A stretch of DNA of 33,415 nucleotides, from positions 1 through 33,415 of IMG/VR virus record IMGVR_UViG_3300023197_000203, one strand, 5' to 3'. Made by a program: the position numbers and the translations under genes. The DNA comes from a virus (lineage: Duplodnaviria; Caudoviricetes). The notes under the pieces were generated by a model. The model was not told the origin of the DNA. It did no database searches and saw nothing but the letters and a program-made list of their open reading frames with translations. Below, one piece after another: positions 7,719-17,393 of the stretch. The stretch's first letter is position 1. Every line of letters starts with the position of its first letter.

Positions 7719-8150
7719 ATGTCCAACGAACCTACAGACGGATCCACATTTGAGCGGGTTTGGCAGGGGCTGAGTGAAAACCAGAAGAGGTACGTCCTCG
7801 CCCGAAAGGAGCACACCAGCAAGTCCGACGCAGCCGAAGCGGTGGGCCTCAATCCCGACACAGTGTACCGCTGGTCCGACGAAGTCGAACGGGCGGTTGA
7901 GCTGCTGTTGGACGAGGCGGCCGCCAATGCCCGCGTCATGCTCGAACAGGCAGTCGCCAAGGCCGCTCTCACGAAGATCGACGGTCTCGACTCCTCCAAT
8001 GAGTGGGTCCAACAAACCGCTGCCAAGGAGATTCTGGATCGCGTGTTGGGCAAGGCGGTCAAGCGGAAGGAAGTAAGTGAAAGCTCCGAGGAGCAGGTCA
8101 CCTTCGCCCTCCCGGAGAACGGCCGTGAGGGCGCCTCAGATGACGATTAA
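7719..8150 (+). CDS. terS: terminase small subunit
   Basis: N-terminal HTH (SKSDAAEAVGLNPDTVYRW), AAKEILDR segment, directly upstream of and overlapping TerL. Confidence 0.75.
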   Translation: MSNEPTDGSTFERVWQGLSENQKRYVLARKEHTSKSDAAEAVGLNPDTVYRWSDEVERAVELLLDEAAANARVMLEQAVAKAALTKIDGLDSSNEWVQQTAAKEILDRVLGKAVKRKEVSESSEEQVTFALPENGREGASDDD

Positions 8151-9606
8151 GCCGCAGCCCGGTCCCCAACAGCAGTTCCTCAGCTGCCCGGCAGACGTCG
8201 CTCTCACCGGCGGAGGCGCTGGTGGAGGGAAGACGTGGGGTCTTCTACTGGAAGGTCTCCGACACGCCTACAACCCCAACCTCCGCTATACGCTGTTCAG
8301 GAGAACGTACCAACAAATTAAGCAGCAGGGCGGCCTGTGGGACGAGGCAGCCAAGCTGTACGGCCGTATAAAGGGTGCCACCTCCATCGAATCGCCCCCG
8401 ACGTGGCGCTTTTCGGAGGGCGGGGAGGTGCAAATGAGGCATTTGCAGTACGAGAAGGATCGCTTCCAGTATCAAGGGGCTCAGATCCCGCTCATTGGGT
8501 TTGACGAGCTGACGCATTTCACCCGGAACCAGTTCTTTTACCTTCTTAGCCGCAACCGGTCGGCCAACGCCGGATTCGCGCCCTACGTCCGGTGCACCTG
8601 TAATCCTGATCCGAACTCGTGGGTGCGGGCATTCATCGACTGGTGGATCGGCGACGACGGGTTTCCGATTCCGGAGCGCTCCGGGACGGTTCGCTTCTTC
8701 ATGAGGGGCCCAGAAGACGGATTCCTGTGGGCGGACTCCCCACAAGAGATCGTGGAGGAGTCTACCTACGCCCAGGAGCAGGTCGAAGAGACCGAGCGGC
8801 AGCTCCGCGAGGCCGGCATCGACGCGGACGCAAAGCGACTGTTGATCAAGAGCTTCACGTTCATCCCATCGACCGTCCAGGACAATCCTGCCCTTCTGAG
8901 AAACAACCCCGAGTATTTGGCCAACCTCCGCTCTCAGGACAAGGTCACGAGGAAGCAGCTCCTCGGTGGCAACTGGGACGTCGTTCCAGCTGCGGGCCTC
9001 TATTTCCAGGAGCACTACTTCCCGACCCTCGACGTAGGCCCGGATGACATCGACAAGGTGGTCCGTTACTGGGACATGGCCGCGACGCGCCCACATCCCG
9101 ACAACAATGATCCGGACTACTTGGTCGGTTGCCTATTGGGCGAACTCTCCACTCCCATCGACGGCACCAAATACGTCGTCCTAAACGTCGAGCGGCACCG
9201 CGAAAGCCCCGGAGAGGTCAAGTCCATTGTCAAACGAACCGCCGAGCGGGATGCCGACAAATACGGCCGTGACCTCCGCATCCGCATGGAGCAGGAGCCC
9301 GGCTCAGCGGGGAAGTCCCAGATCCACGACTACGAGTCGCTTCTGTCGGACTACGATTTCGACGGGGACAAGGTCACTGGCGACAAAGTCACCCGTGCAG
9401 AAGCCCCCTCCGCCGCCGCCGAGCCCACCGACGAGCGGCCGGAGCGGGAGATCGGAATCGTCGATGCGGCGTGGACCGACGCCTTCATCCAAGAACTCGA
9501 ACAGTTCCCCGAGGGCGACCACGACGACCAGGTCGATGCTCTGAGCGGCGCCTACAATACTTTCAACTCCGAGCCAAGACGACGAGTCGCCTCAGCAAGT
9601 TACTAG
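8140..9606 (+). CDS. terL: terminase large subunit
   Basis: QPGPQ Q-motif, Walker A GGGAGGGKT, Walker B IGFDEL, coupling motif TCNP, RNase H-like nuclease YWDMA...EQEPGSAGK...HDDQVDA. Confidence 0.95.
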   Translation: MTIKPQPGPQQQFLSCPADVALTGGGAGGGKTWGLLLEGLRHAYNPNLRYTLFRRTYQQIKQQGGLWDEAAKLYGRIKGATSIESPPTWRFSEGGEVQMRHLQYEKDRFQYQGAQIPLIGFDELTHFTRNQFFYLLSRNRSANAGFAPYVRCTCNPDPNSWVRAFIDWWIGDDGFPIPERSGTVRFFMRGPEDGFLWADSPQEIVEESTYAQEQVEETERQLREAGIDADAKRLLIKSFTFIPSTVQDNPALLRNNPEYLANLRSQDKVTRKQLLGGNWDVVPAAGLYFQEHYFPTLDVGPDDIDKVVRYWDMAATRPHPDNNDPDYLVGCLLGELSTPIDGTKYVVLNVERHRESPGEVKSIVKRTAERDADKYGRDLRIRMEQEPGSAGKSQIHDYESLLSDYDFDGDKVTGDKVTRAEAPSAAAEPTDERPEREIGIVDAAWTDAFIQELEQFPEGDHDDQVDALSGAYNTFNSEPRRRVASASY

Positions 9607-9616
9607 GAACCCCAGC

Positions 9617-10840
9617 ATGTCCCTCAAGGAAGCCAAACAGCAGCATTACCGCAATAAGGAGCACGACTGGCGCCTCGCAAAAAACTTCTACGAGGCAGAA
9701 GATGTCTCCCGCCACCTCGCCCAAGGGAAATACGAAAGCGACGGCGCCTACAAGGCCCGGCGGCGACAGGCGGACGTGCATCCATATACGCGACAAATCA
9801 TCGGCCGCCTGACCGACAAACTCCTTCTCCGCTCCGAGGAAGTCGAAAGGGACTTGGGGCCGATCCCTTCAAGCTACCTCGACTCGGCCGGGCCGAGCGG
9901 CGAGTCGCACGACTTGCAGATGCACACGCTCGGCAACTATCTCCTCCTCTACGGGGAGGCCTGGCTGCAAATTAGACCCACGGGCACCGGCGCGGAGCTG
10001 CGGGTGCTGAATCCACTGGTTGTGCCCCGGTGGACCGGCGAGAAGGTGTTGACCATCGGCCAGCGCTCCAAGCCGGACGTTCCCATCGATGAGCCGGAGG
10101 AAACGGACACCTCTTACACCATCCACACGCCGCGGGGCTGGACGACCTACATGCTCCGCGACAACAACGGCCGTAAAGAGCCGGAGCGGGTGCAAATTGA
10201 TAGTGGCATCTATGCCCCTGAGGGCGTCGAGGACGCGTTCTTCGTCGACTCAGAGGACCGGCCAACACCTCCCCTGATTCGCATACAAATGCCGTGGGAT
10301 GCCGTGCTGGGCATCACCCTCGCAAAGACACATCTCCAAATGTACCGGTTGGAGAGCCAAATTGACGGCCGTCTCCACACGGCGCTAACCAGCGGTCAGT
10401 TGGTCTATAATGGGTTGGATGAAGACGGAGAAGAGAAAGTCATCCACTCTCACAAGAAGGGTCGCAACCTCCTGTTCTTGCCGGAAGATGCCTCTGTGGA
10501 GCCGATGGAGGTGCCCACCGCAGCGGTTGAGATGGGCGAAAAGCGGCTCTCGAGCAAGGAGGACGCGCTCTACCAAACGGCCTACGAGACGCTTCGCGAA
10601 GAGGAAGGGACGATGACGGCTACGGAGGCTGCGTCCCGGAATGCCTCGGAAGCCGCGGCCGTGGCGACCCTGGCCTCCACCATCGAAAGCGCCGAGACCT
10701 CTACCCTGCCACTCGTCGCACAAAGTTTCAATCTCATCGATTTCGGCGGCCCGGCCGCCCAGGATCCGGGCGTCGAGTCGGACTGGAAATCGATCGATTG
10801 GACGCAGTCGAGCGTTGACCTCACCCCATCGAGCGACTAG
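9617..10840 (+). CDS. portal protein
   Basis: Position right after TerL; 407 aa; E..YKARR near the N-terminus and TATEA near the C-terminus are portal-like. Confidence 0.8.
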   Translation: MSLKEAKQQHYRNKEHDWRLAKNFYEAEDVSRHLAQGKYESDGAYKARRRQADVHPYTRQIIGRLTDKLLLRSEEVERDLGPIPSSYLDSAGPSGESHDLQMHTLGNYLLLYGEAWLQIRPTGTGAELRVLNPLVVPRWTGEKVLTIGQRSKPDVPIDEPEETDTSYTIHTPRGWTTYMLRDNNGRKEPERVQIDSGIYAPEGVEDAFFVDSEDRPTPPLIRIQMPWDAVLGITLAKTHLQMYRLESQIDGRLHTALTSGQLVYNGLDEDGEEKVIHSHKKGRNLLFLPEDASVEPMEVPTAAVEMGEKRLSSKEDALYQTAYETLREEEGTMTATEAASRNASEAAAVATLASTIESAETSTLPLVAQSFNLIDFGGPAAQDPGVESDWKSIDWTQSSVDLTPSSD

Positions 10841-10857
10841 CCCCTTGGCCGCGTCCA

Positions 10858-10891
10858 TTTATTGATAAGATGAGGGTATTTCCCACTTCTC
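10858..10891 (+). promoter_or_regulatory. putative late promoter, copy 2
   Basis: tttattgataagatgagggtatttcccacttctc upstream of the scaffold/MCP genes; matches 7104-7137. Confidence 0.65.
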
Positions 10892-11006
10892 TACGCCCGC
10901 TCCAGCGGTCAACCGGAGCCGACCACGGCCACGCACGGCCGGCCAGCGCTCCCACGCAGGGCGCCGACATAAGTTAGTTTTTTGCGGACACATCTAGGAC
11001 CACCCA

Positions 11007-11735
11007 ATGCTGATCCATCGAGAGGACGAAGACGAGCCCGTTCAGGTCAACCCGGACCACGTCGAGATCGAAGATGAGGACCCCTACCTCTCTCAGGACG
11101 AGGTCGACAACATCGTCTCCAAGCGCGTCTCCCGAGCGCAGCGCACCACCCGGAAGGAGCTCAAGGAAGACGAAGAGTTTCTCCAGGAGTCGATGAAGGA
11201 AACCTATGGAGTCGAGCTAAACGACGACGGCACGCCCAAGGGCTCCACTAACAAGGAAGAGCTGAAGGAACTGCGCAAGCGAAATTCTGAGCTCGAAGAA
11301 AAAGCCCAGCGGGCCAAAGAGTTGGAGAGAAAGATCCAGCAGTCCCGAGAGACGGACCTCGAAAACAAAATTCTAATGGCCGCTGACGGCGTCAAAGAGG
11401 ACCTCCAGGACGCCTTTCTACGGCTCGCGAAGGACCGATTCGAGTACGACGAAGAGGAGGGCCGCCACGTCACCACCGACGAAAACGGAGACGTGATCTT
11501 CGATGGAGGCGAGCCCGCCGGCGCCGAGTACGTGGTCAGCCAAATGCGCGAGAATCGGCCGAGCTTCTTCGAGTCGAAGTCTGCCAACTCGGGGCCGGAC
11601 GTGTCCCCATCCAGTTCCAGCTCAGGCAAGAAGACGTGGACCGAGGAAGAGCATGCCAACGCCGACCCGGTCTCGATGGACGAAGAAACCTATGCAGACT
11701 GGTCCACCGCCGCGGAAGAAGGAAGAATCCAATAG
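11007..11735 (+). CDS. capsid scaffolding protein
   Basis: SQDEVDNIVSKRVSR motif, long charged coiled coil, P.FF..S..SG tail; located between portal and MCP. Confidence 0.8.
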   Translation: MLIHREDEDEPVQVNPDHVEIEDEDPYLSQDEVDNIVSKRVSRAQRTTRKELKEDEEFLQESMKETYGVELNDDGTPKGSTNKEELKELRKRNSELEEKAQRAKELERKIQQSRETDLENKILMAADGVKEDLQDAFLRLAKDRFEYDEEEGRHVTTDENGDVIFDGGEPAGAEYVVSQMRENRPSFFESKSANSGPDVSPSSSSSGKKTWTEEEHANADPVSMDEETYADWSTAAEEGRIQ

Positions 11736-11868
11736 CCCCTGCTCAATGCCCCTCCTCACCGGAGCGCCGGCTCCTGAAGGAGTGTGGGGATGAGTCAGGC
11801 GAGTAGCGCACGTAAGGCGCCCATCCCCACATCTGAACGAATAGAATCAACTTTTAGGACCCACTTCC

Positions 11869-12687
11869 ATGGCCTCCAACGCCAACTTTAACCGAACGCT
11901 CAGAGGCGCTATCCTGCGCAAGCTGCGCATGCGTCTCGTCACCGATGCCCTCGTCAACCGAGACCTCGTCCGGGGCTCCTTTGAGGAGCCGGAAGATACC
12001 GTTGAGGTCAAGACGCTCGGCGACGTGAGCATCTCCGACTACGACGGCAGCCTGCCGAACGCCCAGGACATCGCGGTCGACAACGATCCGATTACGGCCG
12101 ACCACAAAAAGGCTTTTGCCTTCAAGGCACCAGCGGACGACTCGGCCTCCGAGATTGCAGACCTGTTTGCCCAGGAAGGCGTCTCCGAACTGCTCAAGGC
12201 CGCCCAGAAGTATGTCTTCGGGCTGCACGGAAACGCGGATCTGCAGGTTGACTACGACCCCAACAACGACGACCTGCCGAGCAAAATTAGCGACGTGGCG
12301 ACCAAGATGGACAACGCAGAGGCTCCCGATGCGGGCCGCTGGCTCGTGTTGCCCCCGACGGAGATCCACGAGATCGAGGACGACGTGGCCGAGAAGGACA
12401 CTCCCCTGGGCGACCAGGCCACCACAGTTGGCTTCCAGGGCATGTACAAGGGTTTTCAGGTCTTCAAAGCCCCGGCGGGGCATTTCACTGAGACTGGAAG
12501 CTCTCCTTCGTACCGCCACGCCATGGCCGGTATTCCGACCTCGATCGCCTACGAGGACGCGGTGCTCTCCGTCCGCAGGAACGCCTCGCTGGATTTCAGC
12601 GGCGATCAAATCGACGGTCTTCACGTCGCGGGTGGACGGATGATTCGCACGGGCTCCACCGTGGACCTCCGCATCCAGACCTCGTAA
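11869..12687 (+). CDS. major capsid protein (HK97 fold)
   Basis: Follows the scaffold; DTVEV...ISDY, GRWLVLPP and GFQGMYKGFQV segments are typical of small MCPs; followed by a strong hairpin. Confidence 0.85.
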   Translation: MASNANFNRTLRGAILRKLRMRLVTDALVNRDLVRGSFEEPEDTVEVKTLGDVSISDYDGSLPNAQDIAVDNDPITADHKKAFAFKAPADDSASEIADLFAQEGVSELLKAAQKYVFGLHGNADLQVDYDPNNDDLPSKISDVATKMDNAEAPDAGRWLVLPPTEIHEIEDDVAEKDTPLGDQATTVGFQGMYKGFQVFKAPAGHFTETGSSPSYRHAMAGIPTSIAYEDAVLSVRRNASLDFSGDQIDGLHVAGGRMIRTGSTVDLRIQTS

Positions 12688-12716
12688 GCTGACACCGCTT
12701 ATTTCTAAAGCTCAGA

Positions 12717-12766
12717 GCCCCGGTCTCCGCCTCCACCTCACTTCTCGGAGGACGGGAGGCCGGGGC
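12717..12766 (+). terminator. hairpin after the MCP gene
   Basis: gccccggtctcc-gcctcc ... ggagg-acg-ggaggccggggc long GC stem 30 bp after the MCP stop. Confidence 0.5.
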
Positions 12767-12846
12767 ATTCGATCTCTATGGGTCCCCGGGAGCGTATGCA
12801 GTGGACCCGTCATTTGGTGCGTGACAAACCCTACAGGTGCCTGCCT

Positions 12847-13389
12847 ATGATACTTCTCAAAGCGAATGAGCATGGCCGCGTTCAGCTCCGACACAACCAG
12901 CCGGAAACCCTCTCTGAGGACCAGAAGACCGGCGGCGTGGTCGTCGACTCGGTCCCCGAGCGGCCGGGCGACGGCTACGTGCTGTTCGTCGAGGACGGCA
13001 GCCCCAGTTGGAAGCAGGAGCGGTACCAGTACCGGAACGACCTTCCTGCTCTCAAGGAGTTCCTGACGGAGAAGGTGCTTGAAAGGCAGGTCGAGGAGGA
13101 AACCAAGCCTGTGAGCTACGGCGGCAACGAGTTTCCGGCCGACCGGGACTCCCAGAGCCGTATCGGAACGGCCATCCAGCAGGTGGAGCGGACCGGAACT
13201 CCCTTCCCCGCGATGACCACCTCGAAGGAGCAGGTTGAGCTGCCCTTGAGCGAGCTCAAGAGCCTCTCAACCGCCTACGCCGACCAGGTGCGCTCCGCCC
13301 GGGCCAACGCGCAGAGCCTCCTCTCCACCATCGAGGACGCCACCTCTGCCGATACGCTGCTCAGCCTCGACATTGAGTCGGGCTGGTAG
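12847..13389 (+). CDS. DUF4376-like fibre-associated/assembly protein
   Basis: GNEFPADRDSQSRI...VELPLSELK...IEDATS...LDIESGW resembles the DUF4376 pattern. Confidence 0.6.
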   Translation: MILLKANEHGRVQLRHNQPETLSEDQKTGGVVVDSVPERPGDGYVLFVEDGSPSWKQERYQYRNDLPALKEFLTEKVLERQVEEETKPVSYGGNEFPADRDSQSRIGTAIQQVERTGTPFPAMTTSKEQVELPLSELKSLSTAYADQVRSARANAQSLLSTIEDATSADTLLSLDIESGW

Positions 13390-13436
13390 GCTTCCCTTCT
13401 CGCCGTTCTCCTTCCATCCAACGCTGAGGGTAGGCC

Positions 13437-15146
13437 GTGGCGCAGTCGGACAACATTTTTATCGGCACCAGCGGCAACGTTATACACGTTGACGGTACCG
13501 GCGCCACGGAGTGGAAGAACACCGACGGGCCGGGCGAAAACGTCGGAGCGCTCGAGGCCGACAGTGATAAGGCAGTTTATGCCCTCTACGAAGCAGACCC
13601 CGCGGTGGTCTGGAAGATCCGCTCCGATGGCTTCAAGGACTGGGAGTTTACGCTTCCGAGTTTCGGGCGAGACCTTACCCACGACGGCAACGGGAACGTC
13701 TACGCGCTCAGTAATCCCAATCTGATCAAACTTGACGGCGCAGACGGGAGTGAGGTTTGGTCGACCTCAGTCAAGTTCACGAATGTCCTCGAGTTCCTAG
13801 CCGCTGATAGTAGCGGTATCTACGTCAAAACGATGGACGAGGACTTTCACGACCACATCGAGAAGTACGACCATTCCGGCGCTCTTCAGTGGGACATTGA
13901 AAACACGAGCGCCAACTTCAGCCGGCCCATACTCGCGAACGGCAACCTGTACGTGGGGGTCGGCTCAGGTACGGTCAAACAGCTCAACAAGAGCGACGGG
14001 AGCGAGGTCAAGTCATGGTCGGTTGCCGATTCGGCCGAGCAAATTGACGACATCGACGCATCGGAAAACGCCTACGCCGCGAAGTTCGAGGTCTTCAAGA
14101 AGCTCAAACCGGACGGCACCGAGGCGTGGTCTTTTACCAAGAGTACCGAAGGTTTTGCAGGGGGCGTGGTGGACACGGATGGGCACTCCTACGCCGCTGA
14201 CGAACTCGAAACCAGAGAGTTCGACACCAGCGGGGATGTTGTCTGGAGCCGAACAGGCCAGACATTCTTCACTCATTCTGTTAGTATCAAACCGCAGTCG
14301 ACCAACCAGGCCCCCACCGCCGATTTCACCTTCTCGAAAAACGGCGGCACGGTCGACTTCACCGACCAATCGAGCGACCCGGACGGCTCCATTTCAAGCT
14401 GGGACTGGGACTTCGGAGACGGCACCACCTCCACCCAGCAGAACCCGACGCACACGTACTCATCCAGTGGCACGTTTACCGTCACGCTCACGGTAACTGA
14501 TGATGCCGGGGCGACGGATTCTACCAGCCAGGACGTCAGCGTAACGGTCAATACCGGGTCGGGCAGCCTCACGGACGGGAAGGAGACGCTCAACGGCTCC
14601 GCCACGCTCTCCACCACAGGCAACGGCAGCCTGGCAGACCAGGGCGAAAGCCTCTCTGCGGCCGCCGCCCTGGAAATCATAGGCAGCGGCGCATTCGCAG
14701 ACGGCGGGGAGACGCTGTCCACGAGCGGCACGCTGGTGATCGAAGGCAGCGGCGCGCTTGCCGACGGCCGGGAAGCATTGTCCGGGAGTGCCACGCTTGT
14801 GATCGTGGGGTCCGGGGAGATCACGGACCTCGGGGTCCAGATTCAGGGAACGGACGAGGAGCAAATCCTGATCACCGGCAGCGGCAGCCTGTCCGACAGA
14901 GGCGAGGTAATCAACTCCTCCGCTTCCCTCACCATCGGTGGGAGCGGCGCCTTGGCAGACGGCAGGGAAGCCGTCTCGTCCGATGCCACCCTCCCCATCA
15001 GCGGTTCCGGGGTCCTCTTGGACGCGCGGACGCGAATCGGGAAGATACGGCGTCTCAGCAGCCTGAACGCTTCCCTCAACAACGACGACACCCTCAGCAG
15101 CGACACCTCTCTCGACAACACCCTCGATCTCACAGTAGGTCTATAA
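13437..15146 (+). CDS. virion appendage protein: PQQ-like beta-propeller, PKD domain and 21-aa repeats
   Basis: Repeated dG...W blades; NQAPTADF...DQSSDPDGSISSWDWDFGDG...NPTHTY PKD domain (~14304-14553); GSG.L.DG.E repeats. Confidence 0.75.
   Translation: MAQSDNIFIGTSGNVIHVDGTGATEWKNTDGPGENVGALEADSDKAVYALYEADPAVVWKIRSDGFKDWEFTLPSFGRDLTHDGNGNVYALSNPNLIKLDGADGSEVWSTSVKFTNVLEFLAADSSGIYVKTMDEDFHDHIEKYDHSGALQWDIENTSANFSRPILANGNLYVGVGSGTVKQLNKSDGSEVKSWSVADSAEQIDDIDASENAYAAKFEVFKKLKPDGTEAWSFTKSTEGFAGGVVDTDGHSYAADELETREFDTSGDVVWSRTGQTFFTHSVSIKPQSTNQAPTADFTFSKNGGTVDFTDQSSDPDGSISSWDWDFGDGTTSTQQNPTHTYSSSGTFTVTLTVTDDAGATDSTSQDVSVTVNTGSGSLTDGKETLNGSATLSTTGNGSLADQGESLSAAAALEIIGSGAFADGGETLSTSGTLVIEGSGALADGREALSGSATLVIVGSGEITDLGVQIQGTDEEQILITGSGSLSDRGEVINSSASLTIGGSGALADGREAVSSDATLPISGSGVLLDARTRIGKIRRLSSLNASLNNDDTLSSDTSLDNTLDLTVGL
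14556..15030 (+). repeat. degenerate 63-bp (21-aa) tandem repeats
   Basis: GSGSLTDGKETLNGSATLSTT / GNGSLADQGESLSAAAALEII / GSGAFADGGETLSTSGTLVIE / GSGALADGREALSGSATLVIV and further copies. Confidence 0.75.
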
Positions 15147-15149
15147 CCC

Positions 15150-15521
15150 ATGGCAACAAAGAGCACGGCCCTCCGCAATTCCCAGGCCGACAGTCTTGTC
15201 GCCAACCTCGTCACCCTCGAAGTCCTCGACGCCAACTCGAACGTAATCGGCAGTGGATCCATCTCCGGCTGGACTACCGCCTCCAGTGGCGAGGTCGATT
15301 TCGATTCGGATGTCTCAGTGACCGGCAATTCCAATGCCGGCGACGGCGCAGACATCGCGGAGGCGCGGCTCGTCGGCTCCACCAGCGAGGAGCTCACAGG
15401 CATCACGGTCACGCAGACCGGCGGCGGTGGAGACATCGAGGTCGAAAACACCAATATCACGGACGGACAAACCCTGACCGTTACCTCCCTCGCCATCACC
15501 GAGCCGGCAGAGACTCAGTAG
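15150..15521 (+). CDS. small virion structural protein
   Basis: 123-aa beta-rich protein; V...GGGGDIE...TNITDGQTLTVTS pattern; lies in the structural operon. Confidence 0.6.
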   Translation: MATKSTALRNSQADSLVANLVTLEVLDANSNVIGSGSISGWTTASSGEVDFDSDVSVTGNSNAGDGADIAEARLVGSTSEELTGITVTQTGGGGDIEVENTNITDGQTLTVTSLAITEPAETQ

Positions 15522-15530
15522 GACTGATCT

Positions 15531-16250
15531 ATGATCCAGCTTGACACGTCCGAAGTTACGGTAGGAGACGCCCGGCAGCTTAGCCTGACGCCGGACGCGT
15601 CCCTCACCTCCCTGGAGGCGACCTTCGACGCCCCCTCCTCTGAGGAGACCGTGTACGAGCTCGATGACTTCACCGAAAATGGCGGCACGTACACGATCTC
15701 GCACATCTTCGACGAGGCGGGCTACTGGCGCGTCCGCGTGCTGGCGGAGGCGCTGGTCGGACAGGAGGCCGAGAGCGGGTTCATCCGCGCCATCTCCCGC
15801 GAGCCGGCCGACCTCGAGTTCTTCACGCGGGACGTGTGGCCGGAGCACCTGTCGGCCGCGTCGATGCAGGCCGATCCCACGGAGATCATGCATCTGGCCG
15901 AGCAGGCCGAGCGGACGGTCCTCGACCGCTACCGAGAGACGCGGCCGGACGGCCGTTTCCAGATCGAAGGCATCGACGGGGAGCCTTTGGAAGAGGACGT
16001 CCAACTCGACGGCTTCGTGGAGGACGACCAGGATAACATCGACCTCGACCGCACGGCCGACGCGCTCCTGGATGCCCTCCGAGCCACTGTTGGAGCCATC
16101 GTGGACTGGCACCTGGATCGGCCGGACGAAGCGGAGCACATCGAAGAACGATCGCAGGGGGACCGGTCGGTCACCTTCCGCGACGAGGACCTGCCAAGCA
16201 GCGTCTACCAGCCGCTCCGCCGGTTCGACGAGCGGGACGTGTGGCACTGA
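15531..16250 (+). CDS. head-tail adaptor with N-terminal Ig-like domain
   Basis: C-terminal ERSQGDRSVTF...LP.SV..PLRRF is adaptor-like; N-terminal GTYTISHIFDEAGYWRVR is Ig-like. Confidence 0.7.
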   Translation: MIQLDTSEVTVGDARQLSLTPDASLTSLEATFDAPSSEETVYELDDFTENGGTYTISHIFDEAGYWRVRVLAEALVGQEAESGFIRAISREPADLEFFTRDVWPEHLSAASMQADPTEIMHLAEQAERTVLDRYRETRPDGRFQIEGIDGEPLEEDVQLDGFVEDDQDNIDLDRTADALLDALRATVGAIVDWHLDRPDEAEHIEERSQGDRSVTFRDEDLPSSVYQPLRRFDERDVWH

Positions 16251-16283
16251 AGGCGAGTTTGATACCCTTGAGCATCCGTTCAT

Positions 16284-16592
16284 ATGGGCTACTTTTCCAA
16301 CGCCACGATCACGGTAACTCGGCCGCAGGGCGAACGGACGGCTGCGGGGTTTGAGCAGACCGGTACGGAGACGATCCTCCAGTCCCGGGGGGATGCTCAG
16401 GAGAGCGGCCGGAGCCTCCAAAGAGCCCACCAGCTCTACGAAACCGGCGACCTCCTCTTCTTCGCCACCAACGGCGTCGGCAAGGTGGAGACGGGGGACG
16501 AAGCCGAAATCCAACACGACGACGGGCGGACGCTGACGGGAAGCGTGGATGAGGTCGAGCGACTCGACAATAAGCTGCTCATCTCACTGTAG
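16284..16592 (+). CDS. head-closure (stopper) protein
   Basis: 102 aa, beta-rich; syntenic between the adaptor and the gp10-like gene. Confidence 0.6.
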   Translation: MGYFSNATITVTRPQGERTAAGFEQTGTETILQSRGDAQESGRSLQRAHQLYETGDLLFFATNGVGKVETGDEAEIQHDDGRTLTGSVDEVERLDNKLLISL

Positions 16593-16601
16593 GCCTCGCC
16601 G

Positions 16602-16913
16602 ATGCTGGACACCAACGCATCTGACGTCGCCGACGAGACGCGGGAACTGGTGGAGGAGATCGAGACCACCTTCGAAGAGGAGCGGGACCGGGCCCTCCAG
16701 GAGGCCCAGCGGCTGGCCAAGCAAAGAGTGCCTGTAGATACCGGAACTCTGCGAGATGATATTTCCATCGACCTCCGGGAGGACGTGATCTTCAATACCC
16801 TCGACTACTCGGTCTACCAGAACTTCGGCACGGAGGACGTGCCCGCGACCTTCTACCTCACCGACAGCGCCATCGACGCTTTCCAGAACTCTGTTGAGCG
16901 GCTCCGATCGTGA
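16602..16913 (+). CDS. HK97 gp10-like neck protein
   Basis: PVDTGTLRDDI...Y..YQNFGT...P..YL signature. Confidence 0.8.
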   Translation: MLDTNASDVADETRELVEEIETTFEEERDRALQEAQRLAKQRVPVDTGTLRDDISIDLREDVIFNTLDYSVYQNFGTEDVPATFYLTDSAIDAFQNSVERLRS

Positions 16914-17344
16914 CCGTAGAAACCGACCTCATCGACGCGTATTGGGCCCGGCTGAACGGCGAGGACGGCCACGCTACGCCACTGAAGCACAACGGCAACG
17001 TGGTCCCCGCCTTCACGGGGAACGCCGACGCAGACGCCTCTGCGCCCTACGTGGTGATCGGCCGACCCAGGACAAGAGGCGAAGAGGCATTGGACGGGAC
17101 GGAGATTCCAGAGGTACGGATCCAGCTCCGCGTCCACACGGCCTTCCCGGACGGTAAGGGCAACCACTTCAAGGCCTACGAGATCGCCCGGACGGGGCAC
17201 GGCCTCCTCGAAGCGGCTCCCATCACAGTCGATGGGCACGAGCCTTATGTCCCAGAACCTGACCTCGATCCCATCCCCGAATACGACAAAGGCGACGAGG
17301 AAGCCCTCGATCTGAGCGTCGACTACCGATTCGCATCTCTCTAA
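16910..17344 (+). CDS. tail terminator/completion protein (DUF3168-like)
   Basis: APYVVIG motif; GTGA overlap; directly upstream of the tail tube gene. Confidence 0.7.
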   Translation: MTVETDLIDAYWARLNGEDGHATPLKHNGNVVPAFTGNADADASAPYVVIGRPRTRGEEALDGTEIPEVRIQLRVHTAFPDGKGNHFKAYEIARTGHGLLEAAPITVDGHEPYVPEPDLDPIPEYDKGDEEALDLSVDYRFASL

Positions 17345-17393
17345 CTCGAAGACTCACCTCACTTCACACCTTAACACCTTAGGATAACAAACC

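Noticed and set aside
15315-16517. 400-aa minus-strand ORF and other long antisense ORFs across the structural region
   Set aside because: Antisense shadows expected from GC-rich codon bias opposite well-supported structural genes
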